This document shows, in pieces, positions 24,627 through 36,912 of a stretch of 64,000 nucleotides of DNA. The stretch's first letter is position 1, and every line of letters begins with the position of its first letter. The translations under genes and the position numbers were made by a program. The stretch is from the NCBI GenBank assembly GCA_026936335.1, contig JAPMXV010000070.1, forward strand, positions 239,351 to 303,350, written 5' to 3'. The stretch is from Mantamonas sphyraenae STR306 (lineage: Eukaryota; Protista; CRuMs). Under the pieces are notes generated by a model, which saw only the letters and a program-made list of their open reading frames with translations, was not told the origin of the DNA and did no database searches.

Positions 24627-26147
24627 ATGAGGAGCATGTGGACTCGCGTGGTTTGCGTGTGCGTGCTGGTGAGCTGGGTGAGCGCTCAAGCACTGAACTG
24701 TACGATGGGGGCAAACGAGGAGGTGACGTGCAGCAATGGCAAGACGTATGCATCCAAATCTGCGGAGATGGACAAGAAGGGCACGGAAAGGTTCTGGCTG
24801 GACCTCGGGGCGAGCGTGGCGCTGGTGCTGATGGCAGGCATGATGTCCGGGCTGACGATGGGACTGATGTCGATGTCGCTGATCGATTTGCAGCTGCTGG
24901 CGAATGCCGGGTCAAGCGAGGACCGGAGGCGCGCGAAAGCCATCATCCCTCTTGTGGAACGACACCACCTGCTGCTCGTGACGCTGCTGCTGGCCAACGC
25001 GCTGTGTGCAGAGGCGCTGCCGTTGTCACTGAACCGGCTTGTGTCGGAGGCGCTGGCTATTGTGATCAGTGTGACGGCGGTGCTGTTCTTTGGAGAGATC
25101 ATCCCCCAGGCAGTGTGCACGCGGTACGGCCTGTCGATTGGCGCGTCGCTGGTGTGGCCGGTGCGATTGCTGATTCTGATCTTTCTTCCGGTGAGCTGGC
25201 CGATTGCCAAGCTGCTGGACCTGCTGCTTGGGGACGACCACACGACGTTCCACAGGCGAGCCGAGTTGAAGGAGCTGGTCAAGATTTACCAGGTGCACAA
25301 CAAGCTGCTGAACGACGAAATGCTGATTATCCAGGGGGCACTGGATCTGAATCGCAAGGTGGCACGAGAGGCAATGACGCCGCTGGAAAAGGTGGCCATG
25401 CTTTCGATCCACGACAAGCTGGACCGTGAGACGATGGACGCAGTGGTGGCGTTTGGCCACTCGCGGCTGCCTGTGTACAGTGGATCGCGACAGAACATCA
25501 TTGGGATTGTGCTTGTGAAGAACCTGATTGCGCTGAAGCCCGAGGATGCAGTGAATGTGGCGACGCTGAAGCTGCACCCTGTGCCGCGTGTGGAGGCAGA
25601 CATGTCGCTTGTCGACCTGCTGAATCTGATGCAGGCGAAGCGTGTGCACATGGCAACTGTGGGTGGGGACGGCGTGGTGGAAGGAGTGATCACTCTGGAG
25701 GACGTGTTTGAACAGCTGATCCAGGAGGAGATCTACGACGAGACGGACGCCATGAACGGGCCCGAGGCGGCGCGGGCTAAGCGAATGGTGAAGATGGCAC
25801 ATGCGTTTGTGGACACGGTGAAGAAGCGGAGTGAGGCAAGGAAACAGCTGATGGACGAGACAAAGCTGTCGCCAGGTAGCACGCTGGCACGCACGCTGAC
25901 GCACGGCCACCCGCACACGTCGGGGATCGTGCGGTCGGGCAGCGAGGGGCAGATCCTGAGGGGCAGCAGCAGCAGCGGGTCAAGCAAGGCGGTGTTGACG
26001 GGAGCGATGAGCGAGTACGGGGCGCTGGACAGCGTTGTGGTCGGCGTCGGCGGCGTCATGGTGGACGAGGAAGAGGAGGAGGAGTTGGACTTTGGAAAGG
26101 TGCCTCTGTTGGGAGGAAAGGGATCGAAGAAGGGTGGGATCCAGTGA
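24627..26147 (+). CDS. CNNM/DUF21-CBS metal transporter (Mam3-like)
   Basis: SGLTMGLMS, LLVTLLLAN, FGEIIPQA, GHSRLPVY and GVITLEDVFEQLIQEEIYDETD motifs. Confidence 0.93.
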   Translation: MRSMWTRVVCVCVLVSWVSAQALNCTMGANEEVTCSNGKTYASKSAEMDKKGTERFWLDLGASVALVLMAGMMSGLTMGLMSMSLIDLQLLANAGSSEDRRRAKAIIPLVERHHLLLVTLLLANALCAEALPLSLNRLVSEALAIVISVTAVLFFGEIIPQAVCTRYGLSIGASLVWPVRLLILIFLPVSWPIAKLLDLLLGDDHTTFHRRAELKELVKIYQVHNKLLNDEMLIIQGALDLNRKVAREAMTPLEKVAMLSIHDKLDRETMDAVVAFGHSRLPVYSGSRQNIIGIVLVKNLIALKPEDAVNVATLKLHPVPRVEADMSLVDLLNLMQAKRVHMATVGGDGVVEGVITLEDVFEQLIQEEIYDETDAMNGPEAARAKRMVKMAHAFVDTVKKRSEARKQLMDETKLSPGSTLARTLTHGHPHTSGIVRSGSEGQILRGSSSSGSSKAVLTGAMSEYGALDSVVVGVGGVMVDEEEEEELDFGKVPLLGGKGSKKGGIQ

Positions 26148-26191
26148 GTGGCGGGGGTTGCAAAGGCGATGGTGGGGCCAATACGGCGTCG

Positions 26192-27258
26192 ATGAATTTG
26201 TTCTTTCTCAGTTGGGACCCAAAGAAGTTGGCAGAGTTTCACTGCGACAAACATCTGGTCAAGATGATTCTAGAGACGGCGCAGATGATGTACTCGTGCC
26301 ACCACGTGCTGAACGACGCAGTGTCGCTCAAGAGCGCGCCGGACGGCGGCTACAAGAAGACACACACGAACCACCCGACAAGCGTGTGGATGCGGTCATG
26401 TCCGGGCAACTATGAGTTTGCAGGGCAGGTGGGACTTGCTCTGTGCGAGGAGTATGTGATGCGTTATGAGAAAAAGACACAACACAAGTGCAGGGAGCAC
26501 TTGGAGTGGCTGGCTGAAAATCCGCCGGCGTTTGAACAACGGGCGCAGGTGGCGCAGAAGTTTGACTTGTTTGCAGAGAGCATGGAGGCATTTGAGAACG
26601 GGGACCAGAAGAGCCGGATCAAGCGGGACAAGGAGGTGTACTTTGCAGCAAAGAATGTGCCAGAGGGAATGACACCGGTGCCGTTGGCGATGCCGGAGGT
26701 TTTCTACGACGAAGACGCTGTGGTCGCATACCGGCAGTATTATGTCGGAGGAAAGATCGGGATTGCACAGTGGAAGCATGGGCCGACCCCAGAGTGGTGG
26801 TTTCCGATGAAAAAGGCGTGGGAGGCAGAGCACCCCGTGGACGCTGCCGCGGAGACGCAGGAAGACGATCGGAAGGGTGCCAAGGGTGCAAGGGTGCCAA
26901 GGGTGCCAAGGGTGCAAAAGAGGGCGTGGTGGGTACGTTGAAGAAGGAGGAGGTTGTGGTGGCGGTGGTGATGGAGGATGGGGAGGGAAAGGTTGTGAGG
27001 AGAGGCAGAAGAGCAAAGAAAGTGGTTGCCAAGGTGGAAGAGGAGGTGGAGATGGAGGAGAGGGAGGAGAGGGAGGAACAGAAAGGGAAGGAGAGCAAAA
27101 CGAGTGCAGGGGCCACAAAGGGGATCAAGGGGAAGAAGAGCAGGAGGGGTGGGAAACAGGTTGTGCGGGTCAAGGTGAAGCGGGAGGAGGTGGTGGAGGA
27201 GATGAGTGCAGAGTATGTGGAGAGTAGTATGCAGGATGTAAAGAGGAGCAGGAAATGA
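26192..27258 (+). CDS. Pyrimidine-dimer DNA glycosylase/endonuclease V-like protein (phage/giant-virus type) with Lys/Glu-rich tail; frameshift at ~26889
   Basis: N-terminus MNLFFL..DP...A..HCDKHLVKMILETAQM, plus YKKTH.NHP.S.W, P.AMP and AYRQYY..K motifs. The KGAKGA repeat continues in the shifted frame to 27258. Confidence 0.75.
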
Positions 27259-27654
27259 ATGAAATGAAGAGTGGGGCAAAAACAAGAAAAGAAAAAGAGA
27301 GGAGGAGACAAAGGCAACCCGCACGGCCATATGGAATGATCGCCGACACGCGTATTGTCCGAGGGTGGGATTACCGCAGGTCGCTGCCTTTGTTAGACAG
27401 TGACCTGCAGCACCGGCAGCCTGCTGAATGCAGGCCGCCGGAAGCGATCAAGTAGTCAGAGTTGCGTGGCGCGACGACGGCAATCTTGGATAGAAGGCGT
27501 GTGCATTTCGATTCGCAGTTGATCTCCAACTTTGGTTGCGGGGGACTTTGTCTCCACAGGTGTTCGGGGCAAGAAGAGAGGCTTTTGAGGGCCATGGGAA
27601 GGGTCGCTGGGCTTCGGGATCGCAACACGGAGAATTCGCGATTTGTTTGTGGCA

Positions 27655-28921
27655 TCAGAATTTTGGGCGATCGTCGTCGTCGTCGATGTCCTCGGCGCCG
27701 CTGGCATCGACCTGGACAACTTCGCCTCCAGAGGCAGCAAGGATGATGCGGCCGTCGGGGAGCCAGGCTAGGGAGTTGACATGGCCGCGGACAGATGGGA
27801 GAAGAAGAACTTGAGACCAGGAGTGGAGAGAGGGACAAGGGAATATGTAAAGAGGGCGAGAGGCATTCTGGCAGACGGCAAGGTGTGTACAGTGTGGGGA
27901 AAAGGCGATGGCGGCGATGGGGCCGGAGAGAGGAGGGGTTGTGGCGAAGCAGGTGGCCTGGCCACGTGTGGGGAGCTCGGCAAGGTGGATGCGATGTTCC
28001 GGGGCGTTGTGTGGGCCGAGGGAGAGGGAGGCAAATGCGAACCAGGGCCTGTCACGAGCAAAGGCGAGTGCACCGTGGGCGTGGACGGTGGCGCTCTTGA
28101 GCTGGAGGGCGGGCTGCTGGTCGATGACGAGACGGTTGGGAGAACATCGAAGGAGGGAGAGGGAGTGTGTGGTGAGCATGAGGCGCTGGATTTGGCGCTG
28201 AAAGAGGGAGCGGGAGGAGGGTGGGGATCGGGAGGAGTCGTCAGCGGAGTCGTCGGGCCAAGGGTGGTTGCACCAGTCTCGTAGCCTGTGGTGTTCCCAC
28301 ACATAGCCCTGTGGGTTCTCGCGAGCGAGGGCGAGCCATCCTGGGGCATGCCAATGGGCAGCGAGGACGCGGAGACTGCCGAGGCGCTGGGCGCGGGCAA
28401 GGACGGGTGTGCGGAGATGTGGGTTGGGATAGAGGTGCATGTTCATGTAGTCCCAAAGCTGGAGGGCGCCTTGGATGCGTGCGAGGAGCACGGCGTGGCC
28501 AGAGAGACAAAAGGTGGCGCCGACACACGGGGAATCGAGCTGGAGGACGGCAAGGCGGCCGGGGGAGGCGGAAAGGCGCCAGATGGAGAGACGCCATGAA
28601 AGGTCGAGGGTGAGGAGGATGCGAGGGTGGTGTGGGTGAAAGGCAAGGACCCAGGTGGTGCGTTTTGTTTGCGGGAGTGCGACAGGAGGCGGGTCGGAGG
28701 AGGAGGAGGAGGAGGCGAGAGGGCGAATGTACACAACGTGGTCGACGCAGGAGAGGGCGAGGAGGGTGGCGTCGCAGTTTGGGGCGATGGCGATGATGCT
28801 GCGCGGGAGAGGCGGGAGCGGATGTGGATGAAGCAGACGAGTGTTTGGCACGCTCGACATACTGGCGTGTGAGGAGGGGGGTGGAACCGTCGATTTCGCG
28901 CTGGCGGAGGGCCAGGAGCAT
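27655..28921 (-). CDS. WD40 protein, AMBRA1-like; frameshift near 28845
   Basis: RTTWVLAFHP (cf. AMBRA1 RTPWCVTFHP) and IAFSP/LAWLPDG WD blades; N-terminus MLLALRQREIDG lies in the adjacent frame. Confidence 0.6.
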
Positions 28922-29015
28922 GGAGACGGGGACGGGGAGTTGGATTGGGGCGGATTGGGGGATGCCGGCGAGGGCCGTGCCAACGAAAAACGAAGCGCAA
29001 AGGAAGAGACGAGAG

Positions 29016-29409
29016 ATGAGCAAGGCAGAAGATAGCAGCAGCGATGACGGGTGGAGTGATGAGGATGCTTTGGAGGTGAGGAGGGGGATGGGGCGACGGG
29101 GATGGGGAGGAGAGGAAAGGAGAGAGAGGGGAAGGCGGAGAGATGATGATGTTGGCGAGAGGGCTGACGTGTGGTGTTTTTCTTTTGGTTGCGGGCTAAG
29201 GACAGGCACCGAAGTATGCAACGGGAGAGATTCTGCGTGATTATATCCCAGAGACAAACGAGCATCTGACGCTGATCAAGGGGGATATTATCTACGTTTT
29301 CGAGCGTTTGGAGGGAGGGTTTATGCGTGGAGAGACCAAGGGGGTCACGGGCAAGTTTCCTGGCGGGTATGTGAAGATTAATGAGGGAGAGGATAACATC
29401 GTGGGGTAG
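29016..29409 (+). CDS. Small SH3-domain protein, exons 29016-29075 and 29206-29409 (3' end uncertain)
   Basis: Spliced translation ...ILRDYIPETNEHLTLIKGDIIYVFERLEGGFMRGETKGVTGKFPGGYVKI fits SH3; GTGAGG...CTGAC...ACAG intron. Absent from the ORF track. Confidence 0.8.
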
Positions 29410-29803
29410 GTGGGGACGGAGGAATGAAGGAGTGTGGTTTGGTTGAGTGGATGGTTGTTGGGAGGCGGAGGGGGGGGGGGGGGTCTCCGCCCAGCTCTCG
29501 AGATGGTGGATGAGACCAAGGCAGGACTGGGCGACACGTCCACGTGATTCGACCACGTGGGAGCAAGTCACGACGGTGCTGGAAACCATTTGTCAAGCGG
29601 CAAGAGCAAGTGGACGAGGTGATCGACTCGACTGGGGCAGCGTTTTCCATCGACGACGACGCTGCGGCGTGCAAAGACAACAAAGACGAAGTGTGGCATC
29701 AGTCCATGCAACCCAGGATGTGCTGTACAAAGGGCCTTCTGCATTCCCTGCGCCGTTCCGCGCGCCGACCGTTTGCCACATGGCATCCTTCCCCGCCATT
29801 CCC

Positions 29804-30061
29804 CTACTCTTCATCATCCGAAAGAAACACAGCCAACACGGCCGCGTGCACAGAGGCAAGCATGCCATTCCAGCCACGTCCCACGGTTGCATTCCTGTCA
29901 TAGTCGAGGATTTCCGCCTGTGTTGGCGCCAGGGCCTGCTCCAGCCATTGGAGCTGGTCAAACTGCGCCCTGTACATATCCCTCACGGGTCCATACAGCT
30001 GCCAGGTGGTCGCACCGCCCACCAGTGCCCCTGCAGCACCCAATCGCACACGGAGCGACAT
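29804..30061 (-). CDS. Small single-TM protein (85 aa), possibly mitochondrial (Mic12-like)
   Basis: MSLRVRLGAAGALVGGATTW N-terminal Gly-rich TM segment and a C-terminal GWNG amphipathic segment; family assignment is weak. Confidence 0.45.
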   Translation of the reverse strand: MSLRVRLGAAGALVGGATTWQLYGPVRDMYRAQFDQLQWLEQALAPTQAEILDYDRNATVGRGWNGMLASVHAAVLAVFLSDDEE

Positions 30062-30140
30062 GATGAGGATGTTCTGTGGGGGCAAGCGCAGGAACCAACA
30101 ACCCCCTTCCCCCCCCATCGCCCCCACCGGAAACCCAACC

Positions 30141-31606
30141 ATGCTCAAGCGCATCAGGAGCCTTGGAACAGCCACAGCCGTCGCCGTCGCCGTCGTTGGT
30201 GTGACGTCGCTTGCGTACGAAGCGCGCGAAACGACCCCCGGGCGTGGGTAGGAATCCTCCCCCCCCCCAAAGCATGCACTTGCAGCCGCCCGCTGACACG
30301 GACCTCCCACACACGCCGCAGAGCCGCGCATTGTCTTTGCCACTGGCCGCAACACGCATGGCCAGCTGGGGCTGGGCAATGAAAAGACGCAGATGAAGCC
30401 GCAGCGCGTCAAGGCGCTCGACGGAGAACCCATGTCCCTCGGCGCAGTCGCCGCCGGTGGCTATCTTTCGGCCGCCGTCAGCGCCACAGACGGTGTCCTC
30501 ACTTGGGGATCTGGCCGCGAATTTGCCCTGGGCCATGACGACGATATCAACGAGTCGCAGCCTCGCGTGGTCATGGATGACACGTTTGCGGACGCCACCG
30601 AGTCGGATCCTGTGTACGTCGGGAGATCAGTCGTTGTCCTTGCCACCCCTTCCCTCCTGCTCCCATGATGTCATCACACTGACACTCACTCTTCACCTCT
30701 TCCCCCCCCGCGCCCTCCCCTCCAATCCGCAGCACGCAAGTGGCTGTTGGCGGCGCACACATGCTGGCTGTGACGCGTGCCGGTGTGGTGTGGTCGTGGG
30801 GCAGCGGCTGGGGCGGACGCCTTGGCCACGGCGACGACAACAACCAAAAGACGCCGAAGCGGGTGGAAACGCTGAAGGATGAGGTGGTGGTTGCAGTGGC
30901 AGCGTCACGTGACCACTCGCTGGCTCTGACGGAGTCGTCCAAGGTGTACATGTGGGGCAACAAACGTACTGGCAGGCTGGGGCTGGGAGTGGGCCAGGAC
31001 TCGTACGGTGTCAAGGAGAACGCAGACACGGCGCCTGTGGAGGTGGACGTGGGCCGCGTGCGTGGGGCAGTGGTGCGCATTGCCACGGGAGCCAGTGGAC
31101 AGCACGCGCTGGTCACCGACTCGGGCTCCCTGTACATGTTTGGCGACAACGGGTACGGCCAACTGGGCAGCGGACGCATCGACGTGGAGGCTGAAGCGGT
31201 GCCTCGCATGGTGCGTGCCCTTCGTGGCCACCGCGTCGTCGCCGTCGCCCTGGGTGCCTTTCACACCGTGGCCCTCACCGACGAGGGACGTGTCTTTACC
31301 TGGGGCGTGGGTCGCCAGGGCCAGCTGGGCCATGGCGACTCTTCCGATTGCCTGACCCCAAAGATTGTCGAAGCCCTGAAGGACGTGCGTGTGATCAAGG
31401 TGGCCGCCGGCGCCTCCCACACCGTCGTCCTCGCCAAGGACGGCAAGGTGTATGCCTTTGGCAAAAACTCCGAGGGCCAGTTGGGTCTCGATGACATTGG
31501 GTACAGGATGGCCCCCGAACGTGTGGTCAGCCTGCGTGGCGTGCGTATCCGCGACGTGGTGTGCGGCGCCGAACACACCCTGTTTGTGGCCAACGAAGAA
31601 AAGTGA
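30141..31606 (+). CDS. RCC1-repeat protein (introns in the 5' part), possible mitochondrial targeting
   Basis: Repeated ..G..H...LT..G.V..WG...GQLG motifs. Confidence 0.9.
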
Positions 31607-31630
31607 CCGGTGCTGGTTTTTGACTCTGTT

Positions 31631-32790
31631 TCATTCCTCGTTGCTCTCTGTCTCCTCTTGCTTCTCGCTTGCAAATTCCAGATCGCCAATGGACAGATGC
31701 TGGCCGTCCCAGCCCAGTTCGACGGTGATTCCTTCCAATTCGGGCAAGTTTGCGCACACCTCCTTCAGCATTGCGTTGTCGCGTGTGTGTTCCCAACTGT
31801 GATTCCTGTGGTGGTTGTGTGAGGGTGGGGTGTGTGAGTTGCAATCATGCCATCGATCCCCGAATCCCCGCTTCCCAGAACGTACATCCCAACCAGGACC
31901 ACGCGCTGGGGCTTTGCATCGAGACTGCACACAAAGTCCAGAGCCTGGGGCAAGCAAAAGTGACTGTTGTGGGATCCGTTGAGCAAGAGGGCATCCAAAA
32001 CGAGGGTTGAACAGCCCTCAATGAGCGCCTTTGTCCGGTCGGGGATCTCGACGCAGTCGCTCAGGTAGGCGAGATCGCCAATGCGGAAGCCCAGGCAGAC
32101 CATGTCTGTGCCGTGGGCAACCGGGAGCGGAGTGACACACAGGCCACGACAGGAGGGGACAACAAAGGGCTTGCAGTCGTACTCGTCGTCCAGGGCCTCG
32201 TCGATGATGTTGTAGGCGATGCTGGGCACCTGCCCCGACCCTGTGCTGGCCTCGACAGAGACCAGATAGGGATAGGCACGGCCAATGGTGTCGAGGACAC
32301 GCTGGCGGCAATGGACTTGGACACAGTCCTGGAGGCCATGGAGGGTCCAGTCGCGCAGGTTGTCCATGCCTCCGATGGCGTCAAAGTGCTCGTGCGTCAA
32401 CAAGAGGGCATCGATGGCCCCAAGCCCCACCGATGGCCACACAGTCAGGGCCTGGTCATAAAAGAACTTGCCACAGTCGATGAGGAGGGTGCGTTCGGGG
32501 TCGCCGTCCTGGGTGGCTGGCAGACGCAGGACCGCCGACGTGTTGCGCCTGCGATTGCGCGAGCTGCGGTCTGTGTGTGCAGACCAGCAGCTGACACAAT
32601 GTTGGGAGGCATTGTCTGCAATGAGACACGACACAATGGGCACTCCCTCGCTGGTGCCTGTCCCCAGGAGCATGAATTGCGGCTCCTCCAGCGGCTCGCG
32701 TTTGGTGCTCCAAAAGGCCTTTTCGTCACCGCGCTTCTGGGGCAGCAGCTCACGGATACGGGATTCACGCTCAGAGAGAGGCGTGGACAT
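31631..32790 (-). CDS. Metallo-beta-lactamase-fold hydrolase, PhnP family; one 3' intron
   Basis: LGTGTSEGVP, NRRRNTS, LIDCGK, LTHEHFDAIGG, AYLSD, LDAL, SH motifs; last exon MNHSWEH...ELGWDG. Confidence 0.92.
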
Positions 32791-32868
32791 AAGGGAAGGG
32801 ACGGGGGGGAGGAGGAGGGGGGAGTTGGGTGCGGAGGGGCAGGCAACCCAGACACACACACATCAGCC

Positions 32869-35800
32869 ATGTCGAGCAGCGCATACGCAGCCATCGAGGC
32901 AGAGAACGCGGCGCTGCAACGGGCCATGGCGCATTTGGACAGCGTGTTTGGGACGGCGGAGCAGTCGCTGGGACGCGTGAAGCGAGACGGGTTGACTCAT
33001 CACCCGTTTGACTTTCTGCTGGAGATCAGAAACGGGCGCAAGGAGCTGCTTGCGCTGATGCGAGGGGCCATGACGCTGTCTGTGCAATGGGTTGAACTCA
33101 TGCAAGCGGGCGACACGGACATTCACCTGCTGGGAGGACAGCCCGAGGCGCCGCCAGCGCAAGACGAGTTGACGTCTGTGGAGGCGCTGCAGCAGCACCG
33201 CGAACAGCTGATGCAGCTGGTGCGCAAGGTCCACACTGTGGTGGACGAGTGGCACGACCACTTTGCCAAACGCAGCTACCAAGGCACGTCGCGGGAGCTG
33301 CTCGAGGCCCTGGTGAACGTGCGCAAGAGCTGGCGGGACGAGGAGCGTGTTGTTTCACCGCGCAAGCAGCAGCAGCAGCAGTCACAGAGCGACGGACAAG
33401 GGGCAAGTGAGAACGGAGGTGTGCGTGTGCGCAGGTACACAGAGGAGGACTACGAGGCTGTGGTGGGACTGGTGCAGGACGGCATTGCAAGGACAATGCG
33501 CAACCAGTCGAAAGCGCAGGCGTACGTGGAGAGTGTCCTGGCCACAGACATGGGCCACTTGGACGCATCGTACCTTCAGGCGGCGGATTCGACCTTTTTG
33601 GTGGCTGTGGACACGGCATCGGGCCAGGTCTGTGGCTGTGTGGGTGTGCAACCGCAGTTTCTTGCCTCGGAACAGGACTATGCACGACGCAAGGGTGAGT
33701 TTGTCGATCGCCGAGAGGCCAAGCAGCGCCATGCAGCGTACAGCAGCAGTAGCAGCAGTGGAAGCAGTGGAAGCAGTGGGGTGGCCGAGATCCGACGGCT
33801 GTCTGTGGCACGGGCGCAGCTGAGACGGGGCATCGGGGCAGCGCTGATGGGCGCAGCCGAGGCGTTTGCCAAACAAGCTGGATACAACGAGATCCAACTG
33901 TCGACGACGAGGGACATGGCGCCTGCGGTGGCGCTGTACACAAAGCTTGGGTACGCGCGAGTGAAAGAGGCCAAGGGCGGCTTTCTGATCTACTTTGCCA
34001 AGCGACTGACGAGCAAGAACGGACGGGATGGAGAGGAGGTGGTGGGAGAGGTGATGGAGGTGGAAAAGCGGCAACGTGTGGCACGCACATACGTGGCCGA
34101 GTTTCACGAGCTGGAGGACGCGGCGGTGGTGCAGCATTTTGGAGACGGATGGCAACGGGTCAGCCTGGCACAAGCAGCTCAGACAGGGCATGTGGATGTG
34201 GCCATGGGCGACAACCGCTTTCAGTGGGACAAGCGCCTGTACGGGCTGAAGTGCGGCCTGCGCAGCCGGGTGGACGCAAGCGTGCTGAGCAACAAGGTCG
34301 AACTGCACCGTGTGCTGTTGCAAAAGGCGCCAGAAACCATTCCCACATCGATGATTGTGGACGGACGCACAGTGCCGCAGGAGCTGGACCTGAGCGACGG
34401 CAGCCGGTGGATTTACCGCCCGGAAGGCGGATACAGCGGACAGGGGATCCACGTGGTGGCCAATGCGCAGGAGTTGGAAGAAGTGCTTGCGCAGCGGCCC
34501 ACGTTTGGGCGTGCAGACAAGGGACGAGGCGTGGTGACGCGGTACATCGACCCGCCGATGCTGTTCAACGGGCGCAAGTTCCACTTGCGGCTGTATGTGC
34601 TTGTGTACGCGTCGCAGAGTGGAGAGCGGCGGATGGCACTGTACCGACACGGAGAGATTGCGGTGGCACACGCGGCGTACGTGGACGGAGCGTGGGAGGA
34701 CAAGGCGGTGCACGACACGCACATGAAACACGGCGGGGGTGGCATCTTTCCGGAGGACTTTGAGGGGATCGGGGCGGGTCTGAGCGCAGAGGACGTGCTG
34801 GAGCAGGCGCAGGACATTGTGGTGCAGGTTGCACAGGCGTGCTTGGACGAGGTGAAGCCGTTTGCCGAGAGCGAGGCAGGGTTTGAGGTGATGGGATGCG
34901 ACTTTATGCTGGACGCCGACGGACGGCTGTGGCTGATTGAGATCAACACAAAGACAGGGTACACAGTGGAGGTGGAGGACGGGGATCGGCAGGCACGGAT
35001 GAGCTGGGTGTCCGAGTTTGTGCACGGCGGGGTGCTCGAGTTTGCGGTGGAGGGCAAGAGCGGCGCCGAGCTGGCGTGGGTGGTGGAGTGCTACCCAGGA
35101 GTGGGACGTGTGAGCGACGTCAGCAACCGGCCGGCGCGCTGGTGTGCAGGATGGAACGCGCAGGAGGAAGGGTTGCCAGAGAGCGTGCTGGTGCTGCTGG
35201 ACCAACTGGATGTGGAGGTGGTGCGCAAGCGTCTGGGTCGCGTGCGACGATGGATGGAACGAGTGGAAGAGGCCGAGGCGTGGTGTGCAGCAGGACGCAC
35301 CGTGGATCTGGTCATGGTGGATGGCATGCAAAACTTTGAGAAGCGTGCGTGGCGTCTGCGACGTGGCATGTACTCGCGGCTGGCGTGGGAGGCCGTCACA
35401 AACAAGGTGCGCCTGCACGAGTCGCTGATGGAGGCGCACGTGGACGGTGTGGTGTGTGAGACGCAGGTGGTGGACGCCAGGGCGTGGGCAAGGCAGGGGC
35501 AGAGGCGTATGCGCAGGAAGCCCTGGTGGAGCCGAGTGAAGAGGAGCCCTGGATCTGGAGACCCGAAAATGGCCGCAGCGGACAAGGAGTGAGTGTGCTG
35601 ACGTCGCGAGAAGCGCTGGTGGAGGAAATGGTGAACCTGGAGGCACGTGCAGGGCGCGGACGAGGGCGCAAGGCCAGGGCGATTGTGTCGGCGTACATTC
35701 GTGAGCCGGCATTGCTGGACGGGCGCAAGTTTCACCTGCGGATGTACCTGGTGGGAGTGAAGGACTTGGACGGGCGGCGTGCGGGGCTGGTGCGCGAGGG

Positions 35801-36266
35801 CAAGCTTGTGGTGGCAGACAAGGCATGGGAGGGGGGAGACAGGGCGTACACAGACAAAGGGGTGCACGACACGCACACACGAAAGGGCATGGACCTGCGT
35901 TTCCCACGAGACTACACGGGCGATGGAGACGCGGACGCCGACGGGGTGCTTGAGCAGTGTGTCGAGTCGCTGCGCAAGGTGTGCGAGACAGACGGTCTGC
36001 TGGAGCAGATGGAAACGTTTGACGGCGACGCACGCGGCTTTGAGGTGATGGGGTGCGACTTTATGGTGGATGCGGCGGGCAAGGTGTGGCTGATTGAAAT
36101 CAACCAGACGCCGCGGTTCTGCTATGAAGGCGTGCAAGGCACGGAGCTGAGAGGCTGGATTACAAGTTTGGTCGTTGGGGCGCTGGACGAGTTTGTGTGG
36201 CGCTGGCCCGGTGGGCATGGCAGCCAGGAGAATGTGGTGTGGGTTGCGGGGGCCGAGGCAGGGTGA
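32869..36266 (+). CDS. GNAT acetyltransferase fused to two tubulin-tyrosine-ligase-like (TTL/ATP-grasp) domains; frameshift at ~35489
   Basis: GNAT motifs RRLSV....RRGIG..LM and A..LY.KLG. Two copies of WI.RP....G.G / YI..P.L..GRKFHLR.Y / FEVMGCDFM.D..G..WLIEIN. Confidence 0.85.
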
Positions 36267-36267
36267 C

Positions 36268-36912
36268 ATGACGGACGATGAAGGAATCAACACCAGGTTC
36301 ATTGAAGAGTCGCTCGTCAACAATGCACACGCTGTGAGAATGATGTTGGAGTCGAAGGAAGACTTGGCACAGTGGGCGTTGGATGCGGCGTTGCTGACGG
36401 CGGTCGAAGGCGGACATACAACCGTTGTGGAGATGTTGCTGGAGGCGGGCGCCGATCCAAACACACATACGGACAGTGGACCTGCAAAGGTGAGGCCTCC
36501 GCTGTGTGCAGCCATGTTGAACGACCGTGTGGAGATTGCAGAGCGCCTGCTGGACTACGGAGCCGAGGCAGACACAAAGACGGCCAGCGGGTATCACTTT
36601 CTTGTGGTTTGTGTACTGCATAGTGCCCCAGGGGTGGCTGAGGTGTTGCTGGAGGCGTGCAAGGACAAGGAGGCGTGTCACAGGGAGCCCATGATGCCTC
36701 ACCCACTGCAGGTGGCCGTTGTGATGGAAAAGATGGAGATGGTGGAGTTGTTGTTGCGAGAAGAGTATCGGTCGATTGTGCAACCGTGGGATTGTTCGAG
36801 CACTGTGGTGACGACGGCGGGGACGCGAAAGAAGCGCGAGCTGCTCGAGAAGTTGGTCGAGGCCGGGGTGGACTTGAACGCAGCAAAGTCCATCGTGTTG
36901 AGGTGGTGGTGA
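36268..36912 (+). CDS. Short ankyrin-repeat protein (3' end uncertain)
   Basis: LL.AVEGGH..VVEMLLEAGADPN-type repeats. Confidence 0.75.
   Translation: MTDDEGINTRFIEESLVNNAHAVRMMLESKEDLAQWALDAALLTAVEGGHTTVVEMLLEAGADPNTHTDSGPAKVRPPLCAAMLNDRVEIAERLLDYGAEADTKTASGYHFLVVCVLHSAPGVAEVLLEACKDKEACHREPMMPHPLQVAVVMEKMEMVELLLREEYRSIVQPWDCSSTVVTTAGTRKKRELLEKLVEAGVDLNAAKSIVLRWW

Noticed and set aside
27318-27455. 5S, U2 or U3 identity (ACGGCCATA, ATCGCTTC, GATCATTCCATA fragments)
   Set aside because: Only short isolated matches; the rest of each RNA's conserved core is missing.
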